From the human T2T-CHM13v2.0 reference genome, Homo sapiens: DNA of 64,000 nucleotides. Positions 1 to 15,241 of the stretch are shown in pieces. Numbering within the stretch: position 1 is the first letter of the stretch; every line of letters starts with the position of its first letter. The stretch lies in NCBI RefSeq assembly GCF_009914755.1, contig NC_060936.1. The stretch is one strand, 5' to 3'. The position numbers and the translations under genes are program-made. A model generated the notes under the pieces. That model ran no database searches. It had not been told where the DNA came from and was given only the letters and a program-made list of their open reading frames with translations.

Positions 1-689
1 AAAACAGGGCCCAGAAACCGACCTCAGCATTGATGGAGATTTGAGGTGACATTACAAATCAGTGAGAAAACAGTGAGCTGTTGAAAAAATTGCACTGGGG
101 CCACCAGCTTCATTGTGTTGGATATTGCACTGAATATCTACATCTAAGTAGATACCTTAGATACCTACATCTAAGTCCAACATGTCAATTTTTTTCTTAG
201 GCAAGACTAAAGGGCATAAAAATAGAATATGTGTTTAATATAGTAAGGCAGATTAAGATGGAAATTTAAACACAGATGTATTATTATACCTTTCCAGACC
301 CACAATTAAAAGATCAATAGGAAACTAATCAACAGTATTTGCATTTATGCCTATATGTAGTATTAATTGCAATACCAAATATTGTGCTGAGATAATCATT
401 CCCTCACTAGAGTAACACAAACTCTCCAACACCCAAAGGAGAATGTTCAATAGCAAAAAGGATAGATATTTTTTCTTAAATGCAGTAATTGTCCAAAATT
501 GTAGTAAATTTTGTTTCATTATATATAAGGGACCACAAATTTCTCATACAAGATTTTCTTTTTCTTAAATTTTTGAATTAGCCTTCTCTTTTTTTATATA
601 TAGGAAAAAAATTATTTCTTCACTATGTCATTAACATAATCCCACCCTTTAGAGACAGAAAGTATTGACTAGACTGCACATCATTTAAG

Positions 690-1000
690 AAAATTTAGTA
701 CATAAAAAACCATAAAAACTTAAAGGCAAATTAAAAATATAGACGATAATGAATTAATATCCTTATTAAATGAAGCTCATTTATAAAAAATATGGAAAAT
801 TGACAATGCATATACATAGGCAATTTATAAAAGAAGATATATGCATGGCCAATAAGCATATGAAAAGGTATTCAACCTCATCAACAAAGTGTTACTTCTC
901 ACCTTCTGAATGGGCAAACTTTTTAATCATTGTTGAAGAAAGTAGTTAAGTAGGCACTCTGCTGATGAGAATGCAACATATTAAAATCTGTTATGAAATA
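690..1000 (+). mobile_element. Old L1 (L1M-type) fragment
   Basis: ...atggccaataagcatatgaaaaggtattcaacctcatc... resembles the L1 ORF2 3' region. Confidence 0.55.
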
Positions 1001-1918
1001 TGTATTTCATATACATAGTATGTAGAAAATTACACATACACATACATATTTCATAAATATTCACCTATATTTGGTGTGTGTAATTGTATACATATTAAAA
1101 TCTATACTTGAATCTATATCTATATATCTAGCCAATATCATAAAATTTAGAAGTACATACACACAGTGCATATAGAAAATAGCCATACTGGTTGATTATA
1201 GTCAAGGTCCATTCTAATTTGTCACTTTCCTGCTTTGGTTGTTTAGTGCCCATGGCATACTGATTACTATACATTTTGAATATCACCCATGAATACAACA
1301 GTATACTACATTTCAGTAGTAATTTTTCGCATTTGCATTTTTAAATGCATACATTAAAAAACTACAATATGAAAATCATGTATGTAAGTTTATTACTGGT
1401 ACAAAAATAGACTAATGAAACAGAAGAGACAGCTCAGAAATGATTTTAATATAAAATATAAGATTATATTTCAAATGAGGGAGGGGGAGAGATACAAAAA
1501 TGGTGTTGGAATAATTAATTATCTGTTTGAAAAAATGTTTAGAGCCTCAATTCTTAAGTACACTAAAATAAGTTATAGATGGGTTCAAGACTAAGACAGG
1601 GAAACCATAAAAAAATTATATTTTTACAAAGCAAGACTACCTGATCTCAGGATAGGAAAAACCATTTCAAAAAAAGAAAAAAATCTACGAGGAAGATATT
1701 AAGTGAAATAACAACCAAATAATAAACACATATAAAGAAGCAACGTTTGAAATGCAAAAATCCTCTTAAAGAAAAAAATTAAGTGCTCAGCAAAGTCAGA
1801 GCCTCTAATGTCACTGCATTTAATTATAAGGCATCATTTACAAGAAAAAATACAAAATATTCCTGTCTAAAACATTATATTTAATAGGAATTTATACATT
1901 TGATGGATTTTGCTCTTT

Positions 1919-1942
1919 ACACACACACACACACACACACAC
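1919..1942. repeat. (AC)n microsatellite
   Basis: About 12 AC units. Confidence 0.95.
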
Positions 1943-4900
1943 GCATGCATGCAGAAAGAATTCTGGACCAATGACTCAAAAAAAAATATCCGTTCATTAA
2001 CGACATCTCTATGAAACATGGTATTAGATAGTAAATCATCGAGATATGATAAGCTTCTGTCTTAAAGAAAATCAGGAAGAGCTATAGACTCCTAAAATTT
2101 AGACGTCAATGTTTTAAAAAATGGCAAAAGGGAAAATAATAAAGTCACAAATTTTTAGCAAAGCCAAAACAAGAAAGAACTAAAATTATAATCTCAAAAG
2201 TTTTTATTCCCAAGTGAAGAAAAGGTTAAAAAAGTTTTTAATCATTAGAAATATTTTTTAATGCTGAAAAGAAAAAAATAACTTTAAAAAAGTAGCAGAC
2301 TGATCATTAAAAGTTACATGGGCCAATTATTTCCAATGAACAATTCACCTTTCCTGCCATTTATAAAGAAATGATATGGCAACACAGAAACGGGAAGTAT
2401 GAGAAATTGCAAGCAGGAGCACCAAGTTGGTTTCCAAAACACAGTTTGCTTGCTCCTTAATGACAGTTGCTTACACAAAAACCAAAATTCCAGTACTCTG
2501 TCCATAGGGAGCGAAGAGAGTAGATGTGAAGGAGCTACAAGATGGATGACACAGAAGGGTCTTGCAATGGCCTAAGATATTTAGGGCCTGATAACTGGAT
2601 ATGGTCAGAATAGGATGGTTGCCTGGAAATATTCTTGGTCCTCTGCATCCCCATCTAGGTGGAAAATACCCAAAATGTGTAATGAAAGTGAATATGGGCT
2701 GGTTAGTCTATGGGCTGCGGCAGCAGCAGTCAACTGATTCATTCTTTGACCCTGCAGAAAGAGTGGACTGCTGACAGGAAGGGAAAAAAAATGCCTCGCT
2801 TCTTTAGTGTGAAACGGGGGATGTGTGCTCTATGGGATAACCTCTGTGTGTTAAAATGTGTATTTCTGTCCATCACATCACCTATATAAAAATTATGATG
2901 AGAAATTCCATTTGCTTGTTTTAATTTACTTTCTTTGATGAGCACCTGACCATGCCTACTTGGTAGTGATATATGTATGCTTGGCTACATTAGAATATAT
3001 ATTGTAACTTTCCTAATAATAAGGGAGGTATTAAAATACACAACAGAGATGTAATTTTGTGAGAGATAAATAATGATATAGAAACACTTCAAGAAAATAA
3101 AATCTAAGTAAAGTTTTTTAATTATGTAGAAATTGGAGTTTGAAATTTTAATTTATAAATCCTATTATCTTTAAAGTTATTTATTAAATAAAGTGCAAGC
3201 AGAAAGTAATGAGTTTAGTAGCTTTTATGTCAGTCTATTAATTTCTTCCATAATAAACAAAGTCATTTTTTAGTTCAGAACCATTAAGCCAAGCAAATAT
3301 TGCCAGCAAGTTTAATTTTTACTTACTAATGTCAAGAAAGAAGAATGGCTTAATACATGACAAGCACTCACAAACATGAAGACACATTTTTTCAGCCTCA
3401 TACATAAATACATTTTTACTCACCCAGAATGTATAATTAATATTAAGAGGATAGAAAAATCTCATTTATTTCACCTGAAGTTTATTAATACAGAAGATGA
3501 TGACAAACTACAGGACAGTTTAATATTTATTTGCAAAGCTATTGCCACAAATTATCTCCATGTATGCTATCTGCAAAGCATTCAAAGTCAGAAGCATAAA
3601 TAATGCCTGGATATCAGCAAAATTCCTAATAAACCCCTTGGAACAAATTTGTATATCTAAAGTCCAAGATTATTTTAAATAAAGAAGAAATATTATAAAC
3701 CACAGAACAGAATCTAGGCAACTACACCAAATCACATGAAGGATAACATAAGGATTTTATTTATCCTGAAGAAACTGCAGTTTTGTAAAACATGGAAGAA
3801 GGAAACAGTTTCTTTGGAATTTTCAATAAATTTCTTTTATTTTTACTGATAAATATACTTTTGCTTTTCAACAATCCTTTATATTTTTCATATTTCTCTT
3901 CTGTTTCCTGTATAAATGGATAAATGAATCAATATGTTAAAAATATTTCTCTATTCTCTATTTACCTTTCGAAACACAATAGTCAGAAAACTATAATAAT
4001 GAGAGAACTCCTTTAATCAGCCTGAGTGTCTTAACTCTTTCCAACAACTGCCATATATTACTGTCTGGTTTTTTTTAGGTTATGCTGCTGATGGTGAACA
4101 TACTGAAATGACTGAAGAGCCAAAACTCTTTTTACACTGTGCTCACATGAAGTTTGTGGCTTAATTTTTAATATCAGCCTCTATTTAAGGAACACCATTT
4201 GAAACCAGCATCTCAGGTTGGGAGGCCAAATGAAGCTTTGTTCATGGCACACCAGGGCACTGCTGATGGAGTTCCCGGGAGTTTCATAATTATGCCACTT
4301 GGTTTGAAGCTATGTTTCAGTGCCAAGGTTTGACTGAAGCCCTCTTCTTAATTCTGCAACAGTGTGATCATCTGCCCTTCCTACTTTCTTCTTGCTTTTA
4401 GTTCACTTCAGATACCCTAGAATCCAGAGCATGCCCATTAATCCATATGTCCAAACCAAAAAAATTGTGTGATTAGATATCCAGCATTAACACCGTGGCT
4501 GAGATGTTGCCATATAGCTTATTACAGTTGTCATTATTCTCTAAGAACTTGACTTATAGCTGTTTCGAGGCAGTGGCTGCCAGTTAGTGAATTCCTCATG
4601 CTAGAGTTAAGGACATTTCAGGATGGATTAGGCACCCTGCATCAATATAGCAATTTGAACATTCTCCAAATCCTACCACTCTAGCTTGATGAAAACTTTG
4701 TGATGCCATTTATGATTCCTGATGTACTCATAATAACCTTTCTCTTCATCTTTTACTCATTTCTTCATCTACCAAATATTTATTTAGCATCTGTGTATGA
4801 CATCATGACAGATGTAATAGAGTTTGCAAGTTTAATGCACAATCCTTGACAGCAGAAAACCTTAACATCTAATCAAAAATTATTGTCAACTATGTAAATA

Positions 4901-4992
4901 TTTTACACAAACACACAAATTCACCTGAGAAAAGGATGAGAAAGCTGCATTCCACAGCATTAATGGGGTTATCGCTAAATGTCAGAATTATA

Positions 4993-5276
4993 GGCAGTGG
5001 TAAATGTTTAATAATTGGCTCTCTGTTCTCTAGAGACCCAATTCTAAGCTATTGGTTCATCTGCCCATTTGTATTGGAAAGAGAGTATTTAAAAAGTATG
5101 CAAAAATAAAGGTTCATTGAAAAAGCATATTTTTCAAAGCCCTGTTTTGTAGCATCTGCTGATTTCCATGGAATAATTACTCATACCATGGCCTATTTCA
5201 AGCTACTAATGTCAACCAGTTCACAAAATTTCAGCCCCTAAAGCCAGTAGGCAAGCCAGCTCCAGCAAACCACTGA
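4993..5276 (-). mobile_element. MER63-like hAT DNA transposon fossil
   Basis: Ends ggtaaatgtttaataattggctc and gccagctccagcaaaccactg, plus internal ccatggcctatttcaagctac, match recalled MER63. Confidence 0.6.
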
Positions 5277-5565
5277 CTGGATGAGCTTCATTTTCTTCTT
5301 TATACATATTTTTTTGTTTTTGAATGCCTTAATGATAATAGTGGCTGCCGTCAGGGATAGAAACTGGGTCGCAGGGGACAGGAATGGAGTGCCTTTTACA
5401 TTTTGAACCTTGGGATGTATTACCAATTTTTTAAGAAAGCTACAATTTAGATTTTTAAAAGTTAAATTATGTATTTGTTACAACTGTAATCAGAAGCAGT
5501 AAATGATATTTTAATGTCTCATGAAATTAACAAACATGTATACACATAAAATATTTAAATAACAA

Positions 5566-5946
5566 TGAAATACATGCGGCCATAAAAAAGAATGAGTTCA
5601 TGTCCTTTGCAGGGACATGGATGAAGCTGAAAGCCATTATTCTCAGCAAACTAACACAGCAAAAGAAAACCAAACACCGCATGTTCTCACTCATAAGTGA
5701 AAGCTGAACAATGAGAACACATGAACACAGGGAGGGAAACATCACACACTGGGCCTCGCAAGGGGTCAGGGGGAAGGGGAGGGAGAGCATTAGGACAAAT
5801 ACCTAGTGCTTGCAGGGCTTAAAACCTAGATGACAGGTTAACAGGTGCAGCAAACCACCATGGCACATGTATACCTATGTAACAAACCTACACGTTCTGC
5901 ACATGTATCCCAGAACTAAAAGTAAAAAAAAAAAAAAAAAAAAAAA
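5566..5946 (+). mobile_element. L1PA (PA8-like) 3' end with poly(A)
   Basis: ataaaaaagaatgagttcatgtcctttgcaggg...gcattaggacaaatacctag...cacatgtatcccagaac followed by an A-tail. Confidence 0.9.
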
Positions 5947-7349
5947 TTAAAGACATTATATGTTAGAATGCCAAAAAACTGGCACAAATTTTTTAAATAC
6001 ATTGGAAACTGATGTAGGAAGAAATTAATGTAAACTGGAAAGGTCAGTGAAAGCTTCCTGGAGATATAAGCGCAGTTCTGAAGTACGTGCCGGATTTGAA
6101 CAAGCAGAGAAAAAGAAAAAGGGTGACACATAGATGCCGAGCAGATAGGTCACTGTGCCTGGCTAGTATTTATACTCCTATCGCTTTACTCCATTACCAC
6201 GAGTGCTGAAGCTACCATTCCCACAGTCTCCATCAGTTCCTACCTTCTCCCTCTTTAATTAGGCTTCAGAGCAGGCTTCCCAATAAGCTAGGTGTTCACT
6301 GCAAATAGCCCATATGGAGATAACACTGGAGTCAGGAACAGACATAAGGAAGAGAGAGCCAGTCTCACATCACCTCTAATAATAATATTAATGTTCATTT
6401 CATGTTTATTCTATAGCAGAGACTTTGTAGTCTAACTCACAGAGTCTAAATTCACAGAGGGATAGCTCAAGCTCTTGCTCTTGCTCAAGATCTTGCTCTT
6501 GTGCTTTCTCCCAGGCAGGCAAGAACATGTGCTCAGAAGAAGCGTCACAATGCCACTGCCACCCCATCTTCCCCCCAAAAAAACCCAGAAAAATAAGCAT
6601 CCTTCAGCAGGGCATGCAGAAGAGTTCTTACTATGGTGAACTAGAATGCACCCATTGAAGCGCTGGACCTACACCTAATCACTGTCAGTTGGAAGTGACT
6701 GAGTTACATTGAGAAAAGCAATTTACATGCAATGTGGTGTGAAGGACACAGTCTACTTACCAGGCCTTCATATAGAAGGCTCCACTGGCACATTGAGCAG
6801 GAAAACTTGGTTGTATATGACTGTCTTGCATATTACCAAGAAAGTGTCTCCAAAGGGGGCAGTGTTGCTTCAAAGACCTTCATACCTAGATGTATGTTAT
6901 CAACATCACTGTGGATCTGCTTTTTCTGAAGTGACCAGCTACCATAAAGTCCCCTGAACTTGTTCTCTAAGGACACTTACTACCTTGACCACAAAAGGCC
7001 ATATGAGAAATATGTGTATGGTTTCAGTGCCAAGAATGGTTGAATTATCCTAATTATTTAACAAGGTTTTTATCCTTTTGTTTGCTCTGATTTGTATATG
7101 TTTCATTTTATCTTGTCCTGTAGATATTTCTATAAGCCACCTTAAAATTTTTGTGAAAGAAAGCAGAAAATAATGAAATAAGTGTTTAGGCAATGATGAA
7201 ACTAAATAGATGAGTGAGGAAAAGCAAGATAACTAAAGAAAGATAGCTTCAGCAAGAAGAACAGGAAAAAATCCAATACAAGCCATAACAGAAGGTCTGT
7301 TGAGATGATAGAAGGCAATATCACAGGGCATTAGTAAAAAGACTCAATA

Positions 7350-7880
7350 ATAAAAAGTGGGTTTGGGTTCTGGCTCTGTCAGTAACTAGCTAAATGATGC
7401 TGAAAAAAAGGCAATAAAGAACCTAGTTTAATGATCTCCCATAGACACGGAGAGACCAGATAGCACAGAGGTTCAGCAGGTGGGCTCTATAATCACACTG
7501 ATGGAAAAGCCTACTCCCATTTATTCCCATGGAACCTTTAAGAACTTATCTCTAAGGCTTGTTTTTCTTATCTTTGAAATGAAAATAAGAGTGCTGATCT
7601 TGTATGATTATGAGAGGTTTGTGAATTTTTATAGCTAGTATTTTCAAGCACTCTATATGGATTTACAGAGGGGGACAATTGAAGTACAGAACAATTAAGT
7701 AATTTGTACAAGGCCCCAAAAGCAATGAGTGGCAGAGCTATGACTGGAATATATGCTGTCCATCTCCAGGTCTACACTCTTAATCACTCTTGAATACTGA
7801 TGATAAATGAACTAATCACATGTAATGCATGGAGCACAGTGCCTGGCACATGGTAAGCCTTTAATAACTGTTAGCTTACT
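7350..7880. mobile_element. Cluster of MIR fragments, both orientations
   Basis: Core-like motifs ggttctggctctgtc, ctttgaaatgaaaataa, cacagtgcctggcacatggtaagc. Confidence 0.6.
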
Positions 7881-8789
7881 CAGCAAATGAAAGTGCCTTA
7901 CAAATCTAAATTATTTTCCACATCATAGAATGATATACTATATCTCAAATATGATATTTGTTCAATAATAACCTATCTAGATAATATCTACATAATTTAT
8001 AATTTCCTAGATAAATTCATAGACATTGACAGAGATACAACCATAGACTGAATAAGTAAAACAAGAAATTTCAGAAATAATATAAATTTTAAAGGTATAA
8101 CTAGAAAACCTAACAGCTGAGCACAAATACTTATGTATAAGAAATATTCATCATATTATTATTTATTAAAATTTACAAAGTAAATGAGTTGAATACCCAA
8201 AAGTAAGGGGTTGATTAAACAAAATATGGCGTATCAATACACATAGACAAAAGGACTGGATTAAAATACGACAGAACTTCAACATTAGTCTTTTAGTAAC
8301 ATGATTGTATCAATTTTCCTATTTCTTTCTGTCAGTTTTCCAAATTTTTTCTACAACGAAAACATACTTCTATAATCTAAAAAAATAAATATTATTTTCA
8401 ATTGAAATAAATACATTTAAAGCCCTGCCTATAACTTTAATAAATCTACCTCACAGGAAGAGTAAGAAAGGATTTGCCTGACAGCAAACCACCTGATGAA
8501 GGTCAGGTATTTCAGTTGCCCATATCTTTAAAATGTTTCAGTTGCTTAAAAAAACATTAAACTATTTTAAGAAGTATTAGGTGGAAAAAGTTTGCAGATT
8601 GCAAGAAGTCTGTGCTGGTCAGAGTGTGTACAGTTAAGGTGTTCGACCCTGGGAACCAATACAAACATTGACCATCTAGGACTCACAGTTGAGGGAAACA
8701 GACCCATTGAAATGCTGCCTGACAAGCCTCAGGAGGAGCAGATGGAGGGCCCTAGCACCAGTTAGCACAGAGACAGGAGCAGTAAGAAA

Positions 8790-9000
8790 GGAGGTAGCAG
8801 TGGCCATCATCTATGTAAGGGATGTCATCTGGAAGAAGGCTGGGTGAGTTCTATGTCTCTACAAACAGGGAAGTGGGAGAAAGTCACAGGGAAGCAAAAT
8901 CTAATGTGCAAAATTAAGGCGAAATTTTCCTAGCATGTAGAGGTAATCAGAAATACAACAGGTTGTTCTGCAAATGAACAATCTTGCTTTATTACATGTG
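8790..9000 (+). mobile_element. L3/CR1 3' fragment
   Basis: aagggatgtcatctggaagaagg...aagtcacagggaagcaaaatct...aaggcgaaattttccta resembles the L3 3' end. Confidence 0.5.
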
Positions 9001-9504
9001 ACTCTTGTTGCCTGAAAGCTCAATGGACATGGGCAGAGACACACTGCTATAAACAAGGAGCTCACTGGATCTCAACCACATGAAGACAAGGCCTCTCCCT
9101 GCAACCAAAAACAGACTGAAGGGAATAGCCCAGTGAACCCTTGAAGATGGGATTGCTCCCTTTCTTGCTCTTCCCAGTTACCAGGTGAGTGTTAGGATGG
9201 CACCCTCCCCTCAAAAACAGGCCAGAATCTGGGAGGAAAGAAACCCAAGTGAAGGGCCTGGGAAATTATCCTTTGGAGCTAAAGATGTAATTAAATGGGG
9301 CCTCAAGCCCCAAGAGCAAGCGAGATAGTATGTCCCTAGGAACCTTCCTCACTAAGTCAGCCTTGCTATATTTTGTTCTCCACATAGATTTTCTTACGTT
9401 TGCTCTTTAGTATTTAGTAAAGATGTGCAAAGTCCCAGACTGCCTCATCTGCGATAAGAGAAACCAAATAAAGAGATTTATACCCATGCTTGGACAGGAT
9501 CATT

Positions 9505-9680
9505 AAAGTTTTTATATAGGTAAAGCATTTTATATGTATAAATTCTTTAATCCTCACAACAACTTATGAAGCAGTACTATTATCCTCAATTTACAGATGA
9601 GGAAATTGAGATACAGATCTTAGGTGACTTCCCCAATGTCCACAGATAGTAAGTGGTGGACTTTCCCAGAACTGTGGTTA
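9505..9680 (-). mobile_element. MIR
   Basis: tttaatcctcacaacaac...ttacagatgaggaaattgag...ggtgacttccccaatgtccacag. Confidence 0.8.
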
Positions 9681-10209
9681 TTCTTTCCAGAAGGAATAAT
9701 CTTAAACTATTTGGTATTACTTCATAGCAATTTATGTATATGTCAAGTATCATGAATGACTTTCTTCTTCTTCCTCCTTTCCCCCCATCCAGAGCTCCTA
9801 ATCCTGTCTCACATATGACAAAGGCTGGAAGATAGTAGACACCATTTTTATACAATCCATGTCCAAGAAGACAGCTGTCACTGCTGCCAACTATGAGGTA
9901 AAAAAGGAAGTTGTCTGTCAATGATTACAATTATACGACTATTAAACTCTAAACCCAGACAATTTTACAAAGCATTAGAATATAATATTTTTGTGGATAA
10001 CTATTCACAAATTAAGAAGTATGTTTGGCTTTAAAATTGAGAAATATACCTCTTGAGGAATTCAGTAATGAATAAATCTGTTTTAGGAATAGCAACTTCT
10101 TACTAACCTGAAAAGCAGCAGCTCCTTCTGCTTTTAGGCAATTACTTTCAATTACCTGTGTTTGTGATTTTTGTATAATGTAACAAAACCATTCTATCTT
10201 AAACCAATC

Positions 10210-10466
<257 letters not shown>

Positions 10467-10572
10467 TCATAAAGAGATATACAAGAGAAGAAAGCTTTTG
10501 TTTACTTCTCTTTAATATATTCATTTAACCACATATAATGAAAACACAGGAAACTCCAGCAACCACATTTAC

Positions 10573-10723
10573 CTGTGATCCAAGTGGTGAATTGAGAGAA
10601 TAACTCCTGAATTTAAGTGGGTCTGTTTTAGGGTCACCAAAATAGTAAATTCATGTTTATTTCTCAGCTTCTGAAAAAACTGTTCAGCTGTAGCAGTGGA
10701 TGCTTTTATGCTTCTGGGAGTAT
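10573..10723 (-). CDS. NELL2: NELL2 internal coding exon (151 nt, phase 1 to phase 2), N-terminal TSP-N/LamG-like domain
   Basis: Minus strand reads tttgtttcttttttag|AT ACT CCC AGA AGC...GAT CAC AG|gtaaat. Translation (D)TPRSIKASTATAEQFFQKLRNKHEFTILVTLKQTHLNSGVILSIHHLDH(R) matches human NELL2 as recalled. Canonical AG at 10724-10725 and GT at 10571-10572. Not in the ORF track. Confidence 0.97.
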
Positions 10724-11639
10724 CTAAAAAAGAAACAAACATATACTAAGAATAGTAGAATTTGATTTTATGAAGTATCTTTTACATGTAACATCTTTCA
10801 AAAAACTTTATCAAGTTTATCAGTAGCAGCTGATAAATACTGAGTTTCAGACTCTTGGTAAATTATTTTTCAAAAAGACTTTATGCTATATATAATAACA
10901 CAGGACAATAAAATCACACATGAATTACTGAACTTATGTTTCAGGAATCTTTTTTCAAAAATGTCACCTTTGAAGCAAAAAATCAAAAAACCTTACTTGG
11001 GGACGTATACTCCCAAGTTTTCTCTACACAATTCCTATATTCTAGATAACACAGCAACATCAGTGTCAACAATGAACAAAAAGATGTGCTTCCTAGAATA
11101 GGACCTAAACAACCACACTAGAACTATTTAGCTTTTCTGACACCTCATGACAGAAAACTGGATTTAAATCTATGTGCCACCCTCCACATTGGTTTCTTCA
11201 GCCAGAAGGTTTGCTATAAATAGATTTTTAAAAGATCATTTAAATTAGTCACTCTCAGCCTTCTGTGCAGTGGAAGAGGCATTAAGATCAAATTATCTCA
11301 CCATAGATATTGAAAAAAAGAATACGTAGAACTTAATTCCCATTTCCTCCCCAGGCTTAGAGAAAGCCTAGCCAAGGGAAGTTTACTTAAGAGAGGCAAA
11401 CTTTTATCCTGAACTTCCGCATGTTTTAGCCTTGTACTCCAACCTCAGGACCCAGATTATATAGGGAAACAGATAAGGATAGAAATGCACTTAGGTTTAA
11501 AAACCTATCATTCAAGCAATGTGCTAACTGAGCATAGGCTCTCCTATTCACAGTGTACGCAAAGAAGATTGACGAGAGATAGACATGTAGTTTGTATTGT
11601 GATCAAATTACTCTCCTCTTTCCTATGCTTGTCTAGATA

Positions 11640-11860
11640 AGTAGTTTTCAATGGAAGAACTGGCATTTAGAGAGGACAATCCTTCTTTGTGCAGGATTGT
11701 CTCATGCACTGTAAAACATTTAGCACTCCTGGGTCCCTGGCCAACAAATGTCAGTGGCACCCAATGCCCAGGCTTTGCAACAACCCAAAGTACTCCCACA
11801 CACTTCCAAACATTCCCAGGGAAGCAATGCAGCAGAAACTTAGTTGGGAATCACAACCTT
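11640..11860. mobile_element. MER20-like hAT element
   Basis: ttctttgtgcaggattgtctcatgcactgtaaaacatttagca motif. Confidence 0.55.
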
Positions 11861-12019
11861 GATGAAACAGAAATTATAAAATTAATCCAAATTCTCCACC
11901 TTTCTAGGCCCACGATTTTACATAATGCTAATGTAATCACCTGGTCTGAGTCCATTACTGAGAATACACAGACATGGAGAGCACACAGACCTTGAGACAC
12001 TCGTATAATAGAAGAAGGG

Positions 12020-12300
12020 ACACCTAATGTGATACAATGAAAGAAATGCTCTCAGAGAGGTAGGTACAAAGTGTTAATGGGTCAGGGGGGAAAGTAGCCA
12101 ACAGAATCTGAAGGGAAGGCTCAATAAGTAGATGCAATTTGATCAGGAGTTTACCAGGTAGAGAAAAGAGGGAAAAGCATACCAGACATAGGAAAAGCTT
12201 GTGAAAAAGCAGAGATACGAAAGGGCATCACATAGTGCAGTGAGTGAACAGCAGACATTGCTGGATGGGGCTGGGGAACTGGATGAGGCAGGACCCTGCA
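12020..12300 (-). mobile_element. L2 fragment
   Basis: gggaaaagcataccagacataggaaaagcttgtgaaaaagcagag is an L2-type motif. Confidence 0.55.
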
Positions 12301-12394
12301 GGCCAACTTAATGAGACACCTGCTGTTTCCATCACCATTATCAATTTACTCTCTTGGTTTAAAACAAAATAAAACAAACAAACAAACAAAAAAC

Positions 12395-12600
12395 TCCCTA
12401 TTTGCCACTGAGAAATGATCCCTCCCCACTCTCAACCCTTGACTTCCTCTCTGCTACAATTGGTCATGTGACACAGACCTGACCAATCCGGGCATCACCT
12501 ATCCCTGTGCACAGTAATCAGATCAGGAACAGGCACCTAACCCAAGTTAACGAAGTCAGACTTGGGATAGTTGTTCAAAGTTTTACAAAAAAGAAACTCT
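12395..12600 (+). mobile_element. Old MaLR/ERVL LTR fragment (MLT1-like)
   Basis: ggtcatgtgacacagacctgaccaatc...ggcacctaacccaag. Confidence 0.45.
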
Positions 12601-13310
12601 CGTGTTGCCGAAAAGAAACTTCAACATTCCCATTCAACATTCATAACTCAAAAGCATAAGAGTAATCTGAAACTTTTGCCACAATCAATGCAATAGTTTC
12701 TCTCCAGGCTCTATTACAGATAAGACAGGCTGTGGAGGAGATTCCACAACATTCCTCTTAGCTCCAAAATTTTTTGTTTCCTCAAGGAAGCATGCAAAAT
12801 CTAATTGAGAATGATTTCATCTAGTGTTAACTTTTAATTCATTCTAATTTATACAGAAGTGAATCATTCACAAACTACATTACTTCATTTTAATTTAATA
12901 GATAAAAGCAAACTGAAATTAAATTATAAATATTATGCTTCTCCTCTTTTCAGGCAGGTAGAACTTCAGCAGCATCCTTTGTCTTGCAGAGCAGGATGAT
13001 AGATGGGGGTGCAAATGAGAGAAATGGAGAAAGGATTACAGTGAATACACAAATGATGCTCAGATCCGCAGAGAGGTTCAAGGATGTGGCCCAAAGAGAT
13101 AGAGCTCTTACAGCAAGAGAAAAGGAATTTGGAAATGTGTGGCAGCTGCCTTACAAGATGAAACTTTAGAGATAAGATGCTCAAAGAAGATTCTTAGGCT
13201 GTTTTGTTGTTTGGTATACACAGAAGAACTTTATTAAATGTCTATATTATTCACTATTGCTTTTGGAGTTAGATTTGTGAACAGAGCTGAGAGGCTATAT
13301 TTTGTTCACT

Positions 13311-13629
<319 letters not shown>

Positions 13630-14914
13630 AGTTCACTTATTTTTTAATTTTGTTCTGTTTTCAGATGAAATGACAAGTAAAGATTGGCCTTAAGGTAAAA
13701 GAATGAAGAAACTAAAAGAACAGATCAGATTTGAATATTAGTAAAAATGTACATCACTATGGTTGAAAACATGGTGAAGGAAACTGTAGGTGAAGGGAAA
13801 CTATCAAAAAAATTGATCAATCAGCGTTTTGAAAAAAATTTCTCTAGTGGCCATGTGGAATGGTTGCTTCAAGAAAGAAAAAAACTGGAAACAGACCGCT
13901 TGAGAAGTCTGGCAATTTGGTAATTATTAACTTATACAGGTTAGATTTCACATATTTTAAACATCCATCATATTTTGACATCCCTAAACTACCTTTCCCA
14001 AATCAAATTGACTTTCTTTGGCTTTGACTAGACTAGTAATAGTGATACTGCGCTATTAGTGTTTGCACTACTTGTCAGGCATGTTGATGAGGGAAGGTCC
14101 AAGGGAACTCTGAGTAGACGGATAATTTGTATTGGGGTGCTTAACGAAGTGCTTAAGGAGACCCACACAGCAGAACCATCCTCCACCCCACCAGGGTGGT
14201 AGATGGGGTGCTATGAGGACTCCATCCAGCTTAAACTTGAAGCTCATTCACTCATGCAGGGTCACAATTCAGGACAGGACCACTTACCCTATTCAACCTC
14301 TCCTCCCAGCCCATTGTCTTCCTGTTTTGCTACCTCTATGGGGATGGGATGGCTTGCAGGAAGGAGGGACCCTCCAGCATGAACAAAGCCAGCGGAAGCC
14401 CCATTCTGCTTATGCTACAGGGATAAGAACAATAATATTCTTTTTTTCTTTCATCCTGACTAAGTTCATTGCACAAATGTTTAAAAATGGGCTTGCATGA
14501 GCCTCCCACCTATAACGGAGAAAGAGACAGTGTGGAATGCCCATGGGAGAGAGAAAACCCAGCTTGATTTACCATAGCCTCAGGATGGTCTCCTCACCTG
14601 GTGCCCCAGCCCAGAAGCCCAGGACACAGATGAAGATTTTTAAGTTTCCTGAATGTGACACAGAGAGTACATAGAGGAAGTTTAAGTCATGATTGTATCA
14701 CAGTTTTCGGTTCTCTGTCCACAGAACACCGTTTGCTTCCAACCCTTACCTCACCCTAAAATATTTAAACGTATTGTTCCCCCTTAAAAACATGTTTTCA
14801 AGAATTCATTATGTCCAAGTCCAGGAAGGACTTGATGAGGGCCTAAACTATGTAAGTGGCATCAGAATAAACAGGAGGGGTAGGATTCAGGATATACGTA
14901 GAAAGTAGAATCTA

Positions 14915-15241
<327 letters not shown>

